The notes under the pieces are model-generated. The model ran no database searches. It saw nothing but the letters and a program-made list of their open reading frames with translations, and was not told where the DNA came from. Source: Promethearchaeota archaeon (lineage in GTDB: Archaea; Asgardarchaeota; Heimdallarchaeia; Hodarchaeales; Hodarchaeaceae). From it: a DNA stretch of 54,756 bases. The translations under genes were made by a program, and so were the position numbers. Shown piece by piece: positions 40,855 to 49,501 of this stretch. The DNA lies in the NCBI GenBank assembly GCA_048938105.1, contig JBHLMN010000029.1, positions 1-54,756 of the forward strand, read 5' to 3'. Positions within the stretch are counted from its first letter, which is position 1; every line of letters starts with the position of its first letter.

Positions 40855-41381
40855 TTATGTGTAAGGACTTGTTGTACAAGAGACCTCACGACAGCATCGA
40901 AGGTCGAGAGATCATCCACCGCCATTTCAAAATAGGTAGCACCACACTCCTGAGCGAGGGATTGACCTTCAACCTGAGGTACAACCTCAGAGTCAGCACG
41001 AAGGCCAATAAAAGCAACAGGAACAGCAAGGTCAGGGATATGGGTTCGAAACTCGTGATAATGCTTAATGGCGGACTTAAAAAAGGTACGATCCGCTTTG
41101 GAGAAAGCAAAGACAGCAGCAGAAGCCCCTCGAAAATAGGTTGGCCGTAGTTTATCAAAAAATTCTTTTGTTGAAATATCGTCCAAAATAAGTTTGATAT
41201 TGTTATTATTGGCCGTAATCTGTTTAGTAGGAAAAGGTGCTAAAACACCTAGGGAAGACCTTGTAGAGGAATTAGGTGTTCTATCCGCATAGGAACATAA
41301 AGATGGGGTTAATAATTCATCAGGGCAACATAAAACACAAATTTTGAGTAGATATTCTTGTTCTACCAATGAGAGCTCCAC
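40839..41381 (-). CDS. degenerate Rab-like GTPase
   Basis: LLKICVL, KLILDD...FFDKLRPTYFRGASAAVFAF; P-loop replaced by CCPDELL. Confidence 0.8.
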   Translation of the reverse strand: MELSLVEQEYLLKICVLCCPDELLTPSLCSYADRTPNSSTRSSLGVLAPFPTKQITANNNNIKLILDDISTKEFFDKLRPTYFRGASAAVFAFSKADRTFFKSAIKHYHEFRTHIPDLAVPVAFIGLRADSEVVPQVEGQSLAQECGATYFEMAVDDLSTFDAVVRSLVQQVLTHKGQSV

Positions 41382-41403
41382 ATTCCACTTCTATATATTT
41401 CCT

Positions 41404-41446
41404 CCGAAACGCACAAACAGCGTACAAACATCAGACCGACTCCCCT
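41404..41446 (-). repeat. module A of the 23S-trailer repeat supplying the stop of 41431..41967
   Basis: gaaacgcacaaacagcgtacaaacatcagaccgactcccct. Confidence 0.9.
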
Positions 41447-41967
41447 TTATGCAATAGTACTTTTTGAAAAAGAGACCTCACGACAGCATCAAAGGTCTGG
41501 AGATCATCCGCAGCCAATTCAAAATAAGCAACGCTAAGCTCTTGAGCTAAGGCTTGACCGTCCTTCTGAGAAACTATTTCAGGATCAGAATGCAGACCAA
41601 GAAAGGCAATGGTAGGGACAGGATGAGGGATATGTTGTTTGAACCAGTGATATAAAGCAATAGCTGAATCAAAAAACTTGTGGTTGCTTTTGGAGAAAGC
41701 AAAGACAACAGCAGAAGCGGAACGAATATGGTTCGGATAGAGAACTTTAAAAACGGGATTGGTTGAAAGATCGGTTAAAATGAGTTTAATATTGGCGTTA
41801 ACAACCGTAATCTGTTTAGGAAGAATATTAACACCAGTGGTAGATTTTGTTAAGGGGTCAAGTCCTCCATCTGCATAAGAAAAAAGAGATGGGGATAGGA
41901 GTCTATCAGGATAACAGAAAATACAAATTTTGAGAAGATATTCCCGTTCTGCCATATGTATCTCCAC
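41431..41967 (-). CDS. degenerate Rab-like GTPase, tandem paralog of 40839..41381
   Basis: Shared termini and FDAVVRSL...HKGxSV. Confidence 0.8.
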   Translation of the reverse strand: MEIHMAEREYLLKICIFCYPDRLLSPSLFSYADGGLDPLTKSTTGVNILPKQITVVNANIKLILTDLSTNPVFKVLYPNHIRSASAVVFAFSKSNHKFFDSAIALYHWFKQHIPHPVPTIAFLGLHSDPEIVSQKDGQALAQELSVAYFELAADDLQTFDAVVRSLFQKVLLHKGESV

Positions 41968-41990
41968 ATTCCACTACCATATATTCACTA

Positions 41991-42103
41991 CGAAACGCAA
42001 GAACAGCGTACAGACATCAGACCAAACGCCCACACATTGAAGATAATTGAAATAATTGACTCCTAAAGCCACCTGACGATAGATCCACTGAATTTCCACA
42101 CAC
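41991..42103 (-). repeat. near-complete 23S-trailer repeat (insertion variant)
   Basis: cagcgtacagacatcagacc...gactcctaaagccacctgacgatag...aatttccacac. Confidence 0.9.
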
Positions 42104-42126
42104 TAATTTTTTTTTGCTAATAGCTT

Positions 42127-42624
42127 TTATTTCTCACTAAAATATGTTTGCACGAAATCAACGAAGATCCTGTGCATTGTCTGTTTGTCAGAAAGAGCCA
42201 GTTCATAATACGTCATATTCAAATTGGTTGCGACTTCTTTACCTTTTTCAGTGGAAATTTTCTCATTATTATCGATGATAACGCTAATTAAGGCATTAGG
42301 GATACTTCGCTTGGGATACTTCTCTCTATAAAGGCTATACAAGTGTTGTGCGAGGATAAACGACTCCGAATCATTTTTAGCATAACAAAAGATGTTAGCA
42401 ATAGAGGAACGAAAATCGTTCAGCTGCTGTTGGTGAAGATTGGGAGGAACAGCAGCGAGGATTAATTTAATGGTTTGATTATCTACTATAATCTTTCTAG
42501 TATTAAATAGTGGTATTCCTGAATGATAGTACTGTTTATCCATTCGACTATCAGCATGAATATCTACCAAATCAGCACTTAATTTGCCAACAAAAGATAT
42601 TTTTAGCAGATATTCATCAGGCAT
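42127..42624 (-). CDS. degenerate Rab-like GTPase
   Basis: MPDEYLLKISFVG, IIVDNQTIKLIL, EKGKEVATNLNMTYYE. Confidence 0.7.
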   Translation of the reverse strand: MPDEYLLKISFVGKLSADLVDIHADSRMDKQYYHSGIPLFNTRKIIVDNQTIKLILAAVPPNLHQQQLNDFRSSIANIFCYAKNDSESFILAQHLYSLYREKYPKRSIPNALISVIIDNNEKISTEKGKEVATNLNMTYYELALSDKQTMHRIFVDFVQTYFSEK

Positions 42625-42658
42625 TTATCTCTCCACAATCCACTTCGATTTATTCACT

Positions 42659-42747
42659 CCGAAAAGCAAGAACAGCGTACAGACATCAGACCGAACGCCC
42701 TCACATTGAAGATAATTGAAATTATTGCCTCCTGAAGCCATCTGACA
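42659..42747 (-). repeat. 23S-trailer repeat (A+B, insertion variant)
   Basis: cagcgtacagacatcagaccgaacgccctcacattgaagataattgaaattattgcctcctgaagccatctgac. Confidence 0.9.
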
Positions 42748-42851
42748 AAAGGAATTTTCCTAGAAATTCATTATTTTGGAATTCTATACCTTGCTATTGG
42801 TCAGTATTTTCATTTATAAATAAGATTAAATAGGATAAAACTAGTGAATAA

Positions 42852-43547
42852 TTGGAAAAAGAGATGGGAAGACTTTCAATATTAGATAAGAAGAACTTGG
42901 CTGTCATACGTATAGGATTGGTTGCTATCTTCTTTATCACCTGTGTGGTTGTACCCGCAATGAAACTCCTCCCTTTTTTTGAATGGACTATAATTCAGGT
43001 ACATCACACATTCGTGGAATTTGATCAAACAACTACAAGAGTCTATTTTGATGGAATAACTCGTTATAAAACTTACTCCGCTGAACGTTTTCCTGATACT
43101 ATTCATGAATACTCGTTTAATGAACTAAAAAACGATTTGTGGAAATATGATCTTTACCCCAAATTGTCTAGAGAATACCTAGAGATTCTGTCACCGTCAG
43201 GGATGGGATTGATTTTACTAGGAACGATTATTTTCGGGTTGAAACTTGGAATGTATTATTACTTATGGCAATTCGAGAAACAAATTAAACCTTTGATATA
43301 TCACGGGAGTTCGATCGTTACAGTTCTTGGAATTTCTATACATTGGACTCTTCTAATTATAGCATTCGTAGGAGCAAACCCGATCCCCGTATATGGCGCA
43401 ACAAGAAGTTTTTTACTCCCTCCAACACCAAATCTGATACTGGTTATCTTAATGGTCTTGGGGATAGTTAGCTTAATGGTCTCAGATCATATTGAATCGA
43501 TTTTATCACGTCTTGAAAGAGTGCTCAGCTCAGACCGAAAGTCCTGA
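42852..43547 (+). CDS. hypothetical membrane protein
   Basis: 4 TMs; last codons and stop lie in the repeat at 43530. Confidence 0.65.
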   Translation: MEKEMGRLSILDKKNLAVIRIGLVAIFFITCVVVPAMKLLPFFEWTIIQVHHTFVEFDQTTTRVYFDGITRYKTYSAERFPDTIHEYSFNELKNDLWKYDLYPKLSREYLEILSPSGMGLILLGTIIFGLKLGMYYYLWQFEKQIKPLIYHGSSIVTVLGISIHWTLLIIAFVGANPIPVYGATRSFLLPPTPNLILVILMVLGIVSLMVSDHIESILSRLERVLSSDRKS

Positions 43548-43646
43548 AACTGAAGCTAACGACTCCTTAAGCCAACTGACGATATTTTTCTAAAAATACT
43601 TAATTTCCACAGTTTTCTTAAAATTAGCCCGTGTGCGATTAGTAGG
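43530..43646 (-). repeat. near-complete 23S-trailer repeat with 23S end (D)
   Basis: tcagaccgaaagtcctgaaactgaagctaacgactcc...ttaatttccacag...ttagcccgtgtgcgattagt. Confidence 0.9.
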
Positions 43647-43711
43647 AAAGGATCATACAACCATAATATTTTTAATACTGTACTACATGTATATACATAA
43701 GGGGTGTTATA

Positions 43712-43969
43712 ATGGCTAATATCAGCGTACGCGTAGATGCAAGGATGAAGAAAGAAATGGAGCGCTTGAAGCAAGTAAATTGGAGTGAAGTGATCAGAGT
43801 AGCGATAAAAGAGCGCCTCGATCAGGAAAAACAAAAAAATCTTGCAAAAGCAGTTTTAATTAACGAAAAAATCCGTAGAAAAGCCCCAAGCGGATATGAC
43901 AGTACAAAGATCATTCGAGAATGGAGAGATCGGAGAAGTCAGAGCACTGAAAGATCGACAGGAGGGTGA
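43712..43969 (+). CDS. vapB: VapB-type antitoxin (RHH)
   Basis: ISVRVDARMKKEM...VNWSEVIRVAI; GTGA overlap with the PIN gene. Confidence 0.8.
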   Translation: MANISVRVDARMKKEMERLKQVNWSEVIRVAIKERLDQEKQKNLAKAVLINEKIRRKAPSGYDSTKIIREWRDRRSQSTERSTGG

Positions 43970-44424
43970 AACAGATACAAAAAATAGTCGTGGATGCAAG
44001 TCTAGTGGTAAAGTGGTTCATTAGCGAAAAATACAGTAATCTAGCTCTAGAAATTAGAGACCATTTTGTTGATGGGCAAATAGAGTTGTATGCGCCTAAT
44101 TTATTGCATTATGAGGTTCTGAATGCACTAAAATACAGTAATTTATTCTCTCGAGAGAACCTAGCTGATGCGGTCACCTCATTAGAAAATTATGGGATTA
44201 TTCAATTACCACTAAATGGGGAATATGCACAAAAAACAATGCATTTAGCAGTGGATCATAACATCTCCATCTATGATGCAGCATATGTGAGTTTAACCGA
44301 TGTCATGGGAATTTGCGCATATTCAGCAGATAAGAAATTAGTGGATACAGTGCATAAAGACTATGGAAAGTCTTTCTTTTTCATTACAACCCTAGAGGAG
44401 AAGAATGAAAAACCTGACGCCTAA
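43966..44424 (+). CDS. vapC: VapC PIN-domain toxin
   Basis: VVDASLVVKWF, YEVLNAL, SIYDAAYV, SADKKL. Confidence 0.9.
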   Translation: MKQIQKIVVDASLVVKWFISEKYSNLALEIRDHFVDGQIELYAPNLLHYEVLNALKYSNLFSRENLADAVTSLENYGIIQLPLNGEYAQKTMHLAVDHNISIYDAAYVSLTDVMGICAYSADKKLVDTVHKDYGKSFFFITTLEEKNEKPDA

Positions 44425-44477
44425 AAAGAATAATTTCCACAAATTTTGAAAAAATAAGCCCTTGTGCGATTAATGGG
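44413..44477 (-). repeat. partial 23S-trailer repeat (C+D)
   Basis: cctgacg...taatttccacaaattttgaaaaaataagcccttgtgcgatta. Confidence 0.8.
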
Positions 44478-44613
44478 AGGCCTGTTATCAAAAGTAATAT
44501 TACTAGCAACTCTTATTAGTTTTCAATCTCACAATGTTGTAATAATTTTAGTCAGCTGGATAAAACAAAAGAGAAAAGGAGATTGTTAATACGAATAAAA
44601 AGGGGAAAATCAA

Positions 44614-45582
44614 GTGAAATTATTCAAACTATCACGAGCTTTATCCACAACAACATGGTTATCTTTGATATTTTCATGTTTAATCCTTTCTTCGATTGCT
44701 GTAAATAGCGACAGTCGAAGCTGGAATGTAGGAAAAACCTATTCCTATAAAGGATTAACAGAAGTAAAGGAAGATGGAGAACATCATCAAAGAGAAGAAA
44801 AGTTTCAGTTTCGGATTGAGGAGATCAAAGAAAAAACAATTGTCACGTATGTTGATATGCTTACTTCAAAGGGAAGGTATAATCGCACACTTGAATTTCA
44901 GAATGATATTGGTTTCTTTAGAGGGGTGCGGCCATGCGAACTGAAAGTCCTCCCAGCTGACTGTGTAACCCCTCCCTTCCCTGGAATAGTTTACACTGAT
45001 ATTCTCTTGAGGTATGGTATAGATTCTGATATATATGGTATATATGATATGCCCATGCCTTTATTTATAAATCCGGAATGGGATCTGATCAATTCATATC
45101 TGAAAAATATTGGATTCAACCCAGATACGTATATATACCGATCTCAGACAGACTATCAGACCAAGGTGACTTTGGGTGAATTCCTTAATCAGGCAAGCTC
45201 ATACGAAATTATGGGAAAAACGAATATCACAGAGGCCTTAGATCTTTTCACTAATTCAACTCGGGAATGGTGGTGGGAGTTTCATTTTAACAACATTGTA
45301 CGAGTACGAAAGCAAGGTGCCCCAATCCATGCAGATCAACCCAGGTACAAGACCTATGACCTGTCAGTGAATATCAAATATTCAGAAGGAGGGATCCTAG
45401 AGACATTTCAAGCTGAGAGGGGTTATAGTTATGAGAATGAAAGTTTCTTCTCTTTCTCCAAAGACTTTACAATAGATCAACCCTCACTAGGTATCCCAGG
45501 ATTTGATTTTTTCAGTGTCACAATGGCTGTGCTTCTTACTACAGGATTAATAGTTCAAAGAAGAAGAAGATCTCTTTATTAA
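44614..45582 (+). CDS. secreted/cell-surface protein with PGF-like C-terminal anchor
   Basis: Signal peptide; IPGF-TM-RRRR tail. Confidence 0.75.
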   Translation: MKLFKLSRALSTTTWLSLIFSCLILSSIAVNSDSRSWNVGKTYSYKGLTEVKEDGEHHQREEKFQFRIEEIKEKTIVTYVDMLTSKGRYNRTLEFQNDIGFFRGVRPCELKVLPADCVTPPFPGIVYTDILLRYGIDSDIYGIYDMPMPLFINPEWDLINSYLKNIGFNPDTYIYRSQTDYQTKVTLGEFLNQASSYEIMGKTNITEALDLFTNSTREWWWEFHFNNIVRVRKQGAPIHADQPRYKTYDLSVNIKYSEGGILETFQAERGYSYENESFFSFSKDFTIDQPSLGIPGFDFFSVTMAVLLTTGLIVQRRRRSLY

Positions 45583-45742
45583 GAAAATTAGCCCTTGTGC
45601 GATTAGTAGGATCTAGGAGGAAGTTTTTTCACATGAGAAATTAAGAGCGATTTTAGAAAATTAATATCCTCTGAAACGCAACAACAGCAGACAGAAATCA
45701 GACCGCTCCTGCTTTAATTGAAGCTAACAACATTTTAAGCTA
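45583..45742 (-). repeat. two partial 23S-trailer repeats (D at 45583-45610; A+degenerate B at 45672-45742)
   Basis: aaattagcccttgtgcgattagt; cagcagacagaaatcagaccg...aattgaagctaac. Confidence 0.8.
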
Positions 45743-46229
45743 TTTCCCTAAGCTTTTGTAAAATTTCTTTAACATTACTGAAATAATCAATCTGCTGAGT
45801 TACACCCGTTGATAGATAGCCTTTCAGAGTTTTCTGAATTACCTCTTTCTGACTTATTGATACCTGATTTGCTTTTGGGTGAAAGATAAAAACAGAAGCA
45901 TTCGGACTATACTGAGAAAGGCATTGTAGGGAGAGATCTAAACAATATTTTGCTCGAGAAAGATCGGAGATGATGATTGACTCTATAATGAAGACTAATG
46001 CTTTCACATAACTAAAAATCTCTCGTTTAACAAATTTCTCACTTTCAAGCAATTCCAGAGATTCACTATGACTTAATGGATAGAGCTTCCTTCTTAATAA
46101 GTCGATCCGTCTCAAGATCCGATTTATTAATTCAGAATTAGCCTCGATCCTATCGTAATAAACCATCTTTTCTGAAAATCCCAGAATAAGAATTCTATCT
46201 TCTTTAACTCCCATAACAATCAGCTTCAT
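45735..46229 (-). CDS. degenerate Rag/Gtr-like fold protein; paralog of 8630..9124
   Basis: Very similar sequence and same repeat context. Confidence 0.6.
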   Translation of the reverse strand: MKLIVMGVKEDRILILGFSEKMVYYDRIEANSELINRILRRIDLLRRKLYPLSHSESLELLESEKFVKREIFSYVKALVFIIESIIISDLSRAKYCLDLSLQCLSQYSPNASVFIFHPKANQVSISQKEVIQKTLKGYLSTGVTQQIDYFSNVKEILQKLREIA

Positions 46230-46234
46230 GGTTC

Positions 46235-46358
46235 CCGAAAATAACGGAACAGCGTACAGACATCAGACTGAATGCCCTGAAATTGAAAATAATTGAAATT
46301 ATTGACTCCTTAAGCTATCTGACGATAGGACTACTTAATTTCCACAGTATTTTAAAAC
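46235..46358 (-). repeat. near-complete 23S-trailer repeat attached to a 23S fragment
   Basis: cagcgtacagacatcagactgaatgccctg...gacgataggactacttaatttccacag. Confidence 0.95.
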
Positions 46359-46678
46359 TAGCCCTTGTGCGATTAGTGGCCGCTCGCTGAGCATGTCGGT
46401 CGAAACCTCCACGCTTGCATGACGGCTCTATCAACGGGATCTTCTATCCCAGCACTCGTTCACTCGCTCACGGTTACCGTCGCCAGCCCCCGTGTCATAC
46501 TGACGCGAGCAAAGCGGATCTGTCTTTTCGAGGGGCGCTTCGTACTTAGATGCATTCAGCACTTATCGCGTGGCGGTCGGGCGATACCCTTCCGGATAAC
46601 CCGTAGACTTGAGGCGCCTACATCCCGTTCCTCTTGTAATGAGAGCGTGTTCCTCTCACAGATCCAACACGTCCTATA
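46359..46678 (-). pseudogene. 23S rRNA 3'-terminal fragment (~320 nt), decayed
   Basis: Aligns to 53943-54270; 7-nt deletion and a mutated sarcin-ricin loop; ends at cgtcctata. Confidence 0.95.
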
Positions 46679-46684
46679 CTTGCT

Positions 46685-47563
46685 TTAACTTACTGTCAAA
46701 CTTTCCAAACTCGGATAAATTTGTTGTCCTTCAATGTATCTTTCGTGGAAGTCCGTTGGAACAAAAATATTCCATCTTTCATCACGATACACTTTCTCAA
46801 GTACATTACGATTTACTAAATATACAGGAGAACCATCATTAACCCAATCTCGGAGTTCATTTAAAAGATCCATGGAATTGGACAGTGTTCCAACAGATGA
46901 AAAGACTTCAAGTAGGTATCCAACTCTTCCAACTAATGATTTCTTCTTGAAAAGATTTAATTCCAACAATTCAATGACCTCATTGAGATCATTCGGCCTG
47001 AATTCCATGGTTAGTAAATACAGTGCACGAATCATTTCAGCCCAACCTCCAACAAGTTGAGGTCGATTGATGATTTCAATCAGAGTTCTAGCTGGGGAGC
47101 TTACAATGACTTCTTCTTCTTGATATTTCACCTTCCGCAGCCCATAGATGAAATCACTAGACATTGTGGCATTAATAGTATATTTAGGGTTACTTTCAGG
47201 CAAATTAAATGAGCTAAAGTAATCTTGCTTTTGTACAGATACAATATAACTAGAATAGATAACTGGAGCTGCTCCCCACATCTCTAATGCTGATGTGTAA
47301 CCAAGGTAGTAAGGATCACGGAGCCGTGACGCCATAATGATCATATCAGGCAATGAATCAGGATTTTCAACATCAACAATTGAATATAAACCTTTTCGAT
47401 GTCGAAGGATGTGACCATGCTGCAATAGGTAACGTAGATAAGTTTTATATAAATAACGGCTATTATCGATTCCTAATTGGTCTTTAGCAAATCGTTGTAG
47501 CTCTTTTACGGTCACAGATTTTCTTTTTTGGATATACGATAGTAATACTAACAAATTTTTCAT
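46685..47563 (-). CDS. AbiEi-like type IV TA antitoxin / wHTH regulator
   Basis: N-terminal wHTH (GHILRHRKGLYSI), YLGYTSALEMWG, SSPARTLIE, RVGYLLE, DERWNI. Confidence 0.8.
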   Translation of the reverse strand: MKNLLVLLSYIQKRKSVTVKELQRFAKDQLGIDNSRYLYKTYLRYLLQHGHILRHRKGLYSIVDVENPDSLPDMIIMASRLRDPYYLGYTSALEMWGAAPVIYSSYIVSVQKQDYFSSFNLPESNPKYTINATMSSDFIYGLRKVKYQEEEVIVSSPARTLIEIINRPQLVGGWAEMIRALYLLTMEFRPNDLNEVIELLELNLFKKKSLVGRVGYLLEVFSSVGTLSNSMDLLNELRDWVNDGSPVYLVNRNVLEKVYRDERWNIFVPTDFHERYIEGQQIYPSLESLTVS

Positions 47564-47670
47564 TTATTGCACTCAGTTAAATTAATATCCAATATCTTTA
47601 AAAAGTTTTACCTTGTACTGCAACAATCAAAAATATCAAATTGAATATGACCTTAAATTTTCAATAATAT

Positions 47671-48612
47671 TTGGAACTATCTTTAATGAGACTAAGTATG
47701 AAATTAGAAAATGAAGGATATAATAACGCAATAATTCAGAAAGTATATCGAATAGCTGATGTATTAGAGTTAATCAGCAAGAATTATTTTTTGAAAAATC
47801 GTTTGGCTTTTACTGGTGGCACTGCTTTAAATTTTGTCATTTTTCCAAAAATTGAAAGACTTTCTGTTGATTTAGATTTTGATTTTCGTGAAATTGATTC
47901 AAAAAATGACTGGGGAAAAACAAGGGATATGGTTGATTCCAATATAAAAGGGATTTTGAGAGATCTAGAGTATGAAGATGATGACATCAGGATTGATGCA
48001 AAATATCCTCTAACACGCTTTATAGTGAAATATGAGCTGAGAACATCATTTAACATTGAAATAGGGTATTTAAATCGATATTCACTTTTTACTTCAGATG
48101 AAACTAAGAATTTTATTCATCCGAAGACTGGAAAAGCGTTTAAAATACTTATTCCAAGAATAGAAGAAATTTCAGCAGGAAAGTGTTCAGCATTAATTTC
48201 ACGGAGAATTCCTAGAGATCTCTTTGACACAGCAATAATCGCCAAACTACAATTTAGTAGAAAATTGCTGCGAAAAGCTCTAATATTGAAAAATATGATG
48301 AATCTAAGCTATAATATTACTACTCTTAATTTTTCGACTCATCTCGGGAATATAAGACTTGATGATAACCTTAAAGTTGTATTAGGGGATTTTTTTTCAA
48401 AGGAAACCTTTAGAAATTATCGGAAAACAGCTATCGATTTCTTGAATCAGTTGCAGATGGAATTTACAGAGAAGGAAAAGGATTGTCTTTCAGCCTTTAT
48501 AAATGACCAGGAATTGAATATTGGTTTATTAGGAAAGAGAGAGATGTTCCATCCACAAATTGCCAAGCATCCTAATATTCTTTGGTCTTTAGAAAAAATG
48601 AAAGGAACTTAA
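47671..48612 (+). CDS. AbiEii-family nucleotidyltransferase toxin
   Basis: LAFTGGTALN...RLSVDLDF, EEISAGKCSALISRRIPRDLFD. Confidence 0.9.
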   Translation: MELSLMRLSMKLENEGYNNAIIQKVYRIADVLELISKNYFLKNRLAFTGGTALNFVIFPKIERLSVDLDFDFREIDSKNDWGKTRDMVDSNIKGILRDLEYEDDDIRIDAKYPLTRFIVKYELRTSFNIEIGYLNRYSLFTSDETKNFIHPKTGKAFKILIPRIEEISAGKCSALISRRIPRDLFDTAIIAKLQFSRKLLRKALILKNMMNLSYNITTLNFSTHLGNIRLDDNLKVVLGDFFSKETFRNYRKTAIDFLNQLQMEFTEKEKDCLSAFINDQELNIGLLGKREMFHPQIAKHPNILWSLEKMKGT

Positions 48613-48652
48613 AATTCTGATCTTTGAGTTAGTGTTAGATCCTAAGATAACG

Positions 48653-49192
48653 CTAATCCCTGTCCCAACACGCGAGAGTTCGGATTATGTTTTGCACAAC
48701 TTTCCGAGCTAAATTGTGAAAAATTCCCTCAATGGTTGCTTTATCGGTGGGTGTGGTCTCATAATAAGGAACATTCAGCTCCTCGGCTAAACCTTGACCT
48801 TCAAACGATGTTATTTCCTCTGAGTCGGAAATAAATCCGACTAAAGCAATAGGAAAGGTGGCTTGGGGAAGATGTTTTTTTAATTCGTTAAACCAATCTT
48901 TCACATTGTGAAAGGAGTTTCTGTTAACCTTTTCAAACGTAATAATTGCAGCAGAAGCACCACGAAAATAACTCGAACGGAGCTTGCCAAAAAACTCCTG
49001 TCCTATGGTATCTACAAGAACTAGGTGAACATTGAAGTCGTTAACTTTAATCTGTTTAGTTGTAATGTCAACTCCCAGAGTAGGCAAATGACTTGTTGTA
49101 AATTTGCCTCCAACAAATGTATTAACCATTTTTGTTTTCAACTCCCGAGCTGATCCCATAATGCAGATTTTTATAAAATACTCATCAGGCAT
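48653..49192 (-). CDS. Rab-like small GTPase with chimeric C-terminus
   Basis: HLPTLGVD, DTIGQEFFGKLRSSYFRGASAAII; tail QNIIRTLACW matches 39824-39855. Confidence 0.85.
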   Translation of the reverse strand: MPDEYFIKICIMGSARELKTKMVNTFVGGKFTTSHLPTLGVDITTKQIKVNDFNVHLVLVDTIGQEFFGKLRSSYFRGASAAIITFEKVNRNSFHNVKDWFNELKKHLPQATFPIALVGFISDSEEITSFEGQGLAEELNVPYYETTPTDKATIEGIFHNLARKVVQNIIRTLACWDRD

Positions 49193-49286
49193 TTATTTAT
49201 CCCCACACTTCCATCTTCTCTAACGGGTTCCACTTTTAATAGATTATTAAATTGTTATTGTGAGATTCCTCCGATCCACGCAATAA

Positions 49287-49310
49287 CACACAGACACCAG
49301 ACCGACTGCC
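49287..49310 (-). repeat. partial 23S-trailer repeat (module A)
   Basis: cacagacaccagaccgactgccc. Confidence 0.6.
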
Positions 49311-49501
49311 CGGAAACCGAATCTCCTTGGAAAAATTGTTTTATTTTCGGAAAAAAAATGAAATACAGGATCGTTAATTCAAAATTAGATACTTTCATAA
49401 TAATGATTAGTGTAAGTAAAAAGATACATCCTGGGAATAATATAAATCGTAATATACTGAAAGGAAGAAAAAATCCAGTCCTAGCCAAAATGTATGGAAC
49501 T

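Noticed and set aside
46419-46842. ORFs overlapping 23S sequence or the repeat (also 27523..27804, 54140..54325, 54489..54749, 6515..6730, 52827..53048)
   Set aside because: Spurious frames across rRNA-derived sequence
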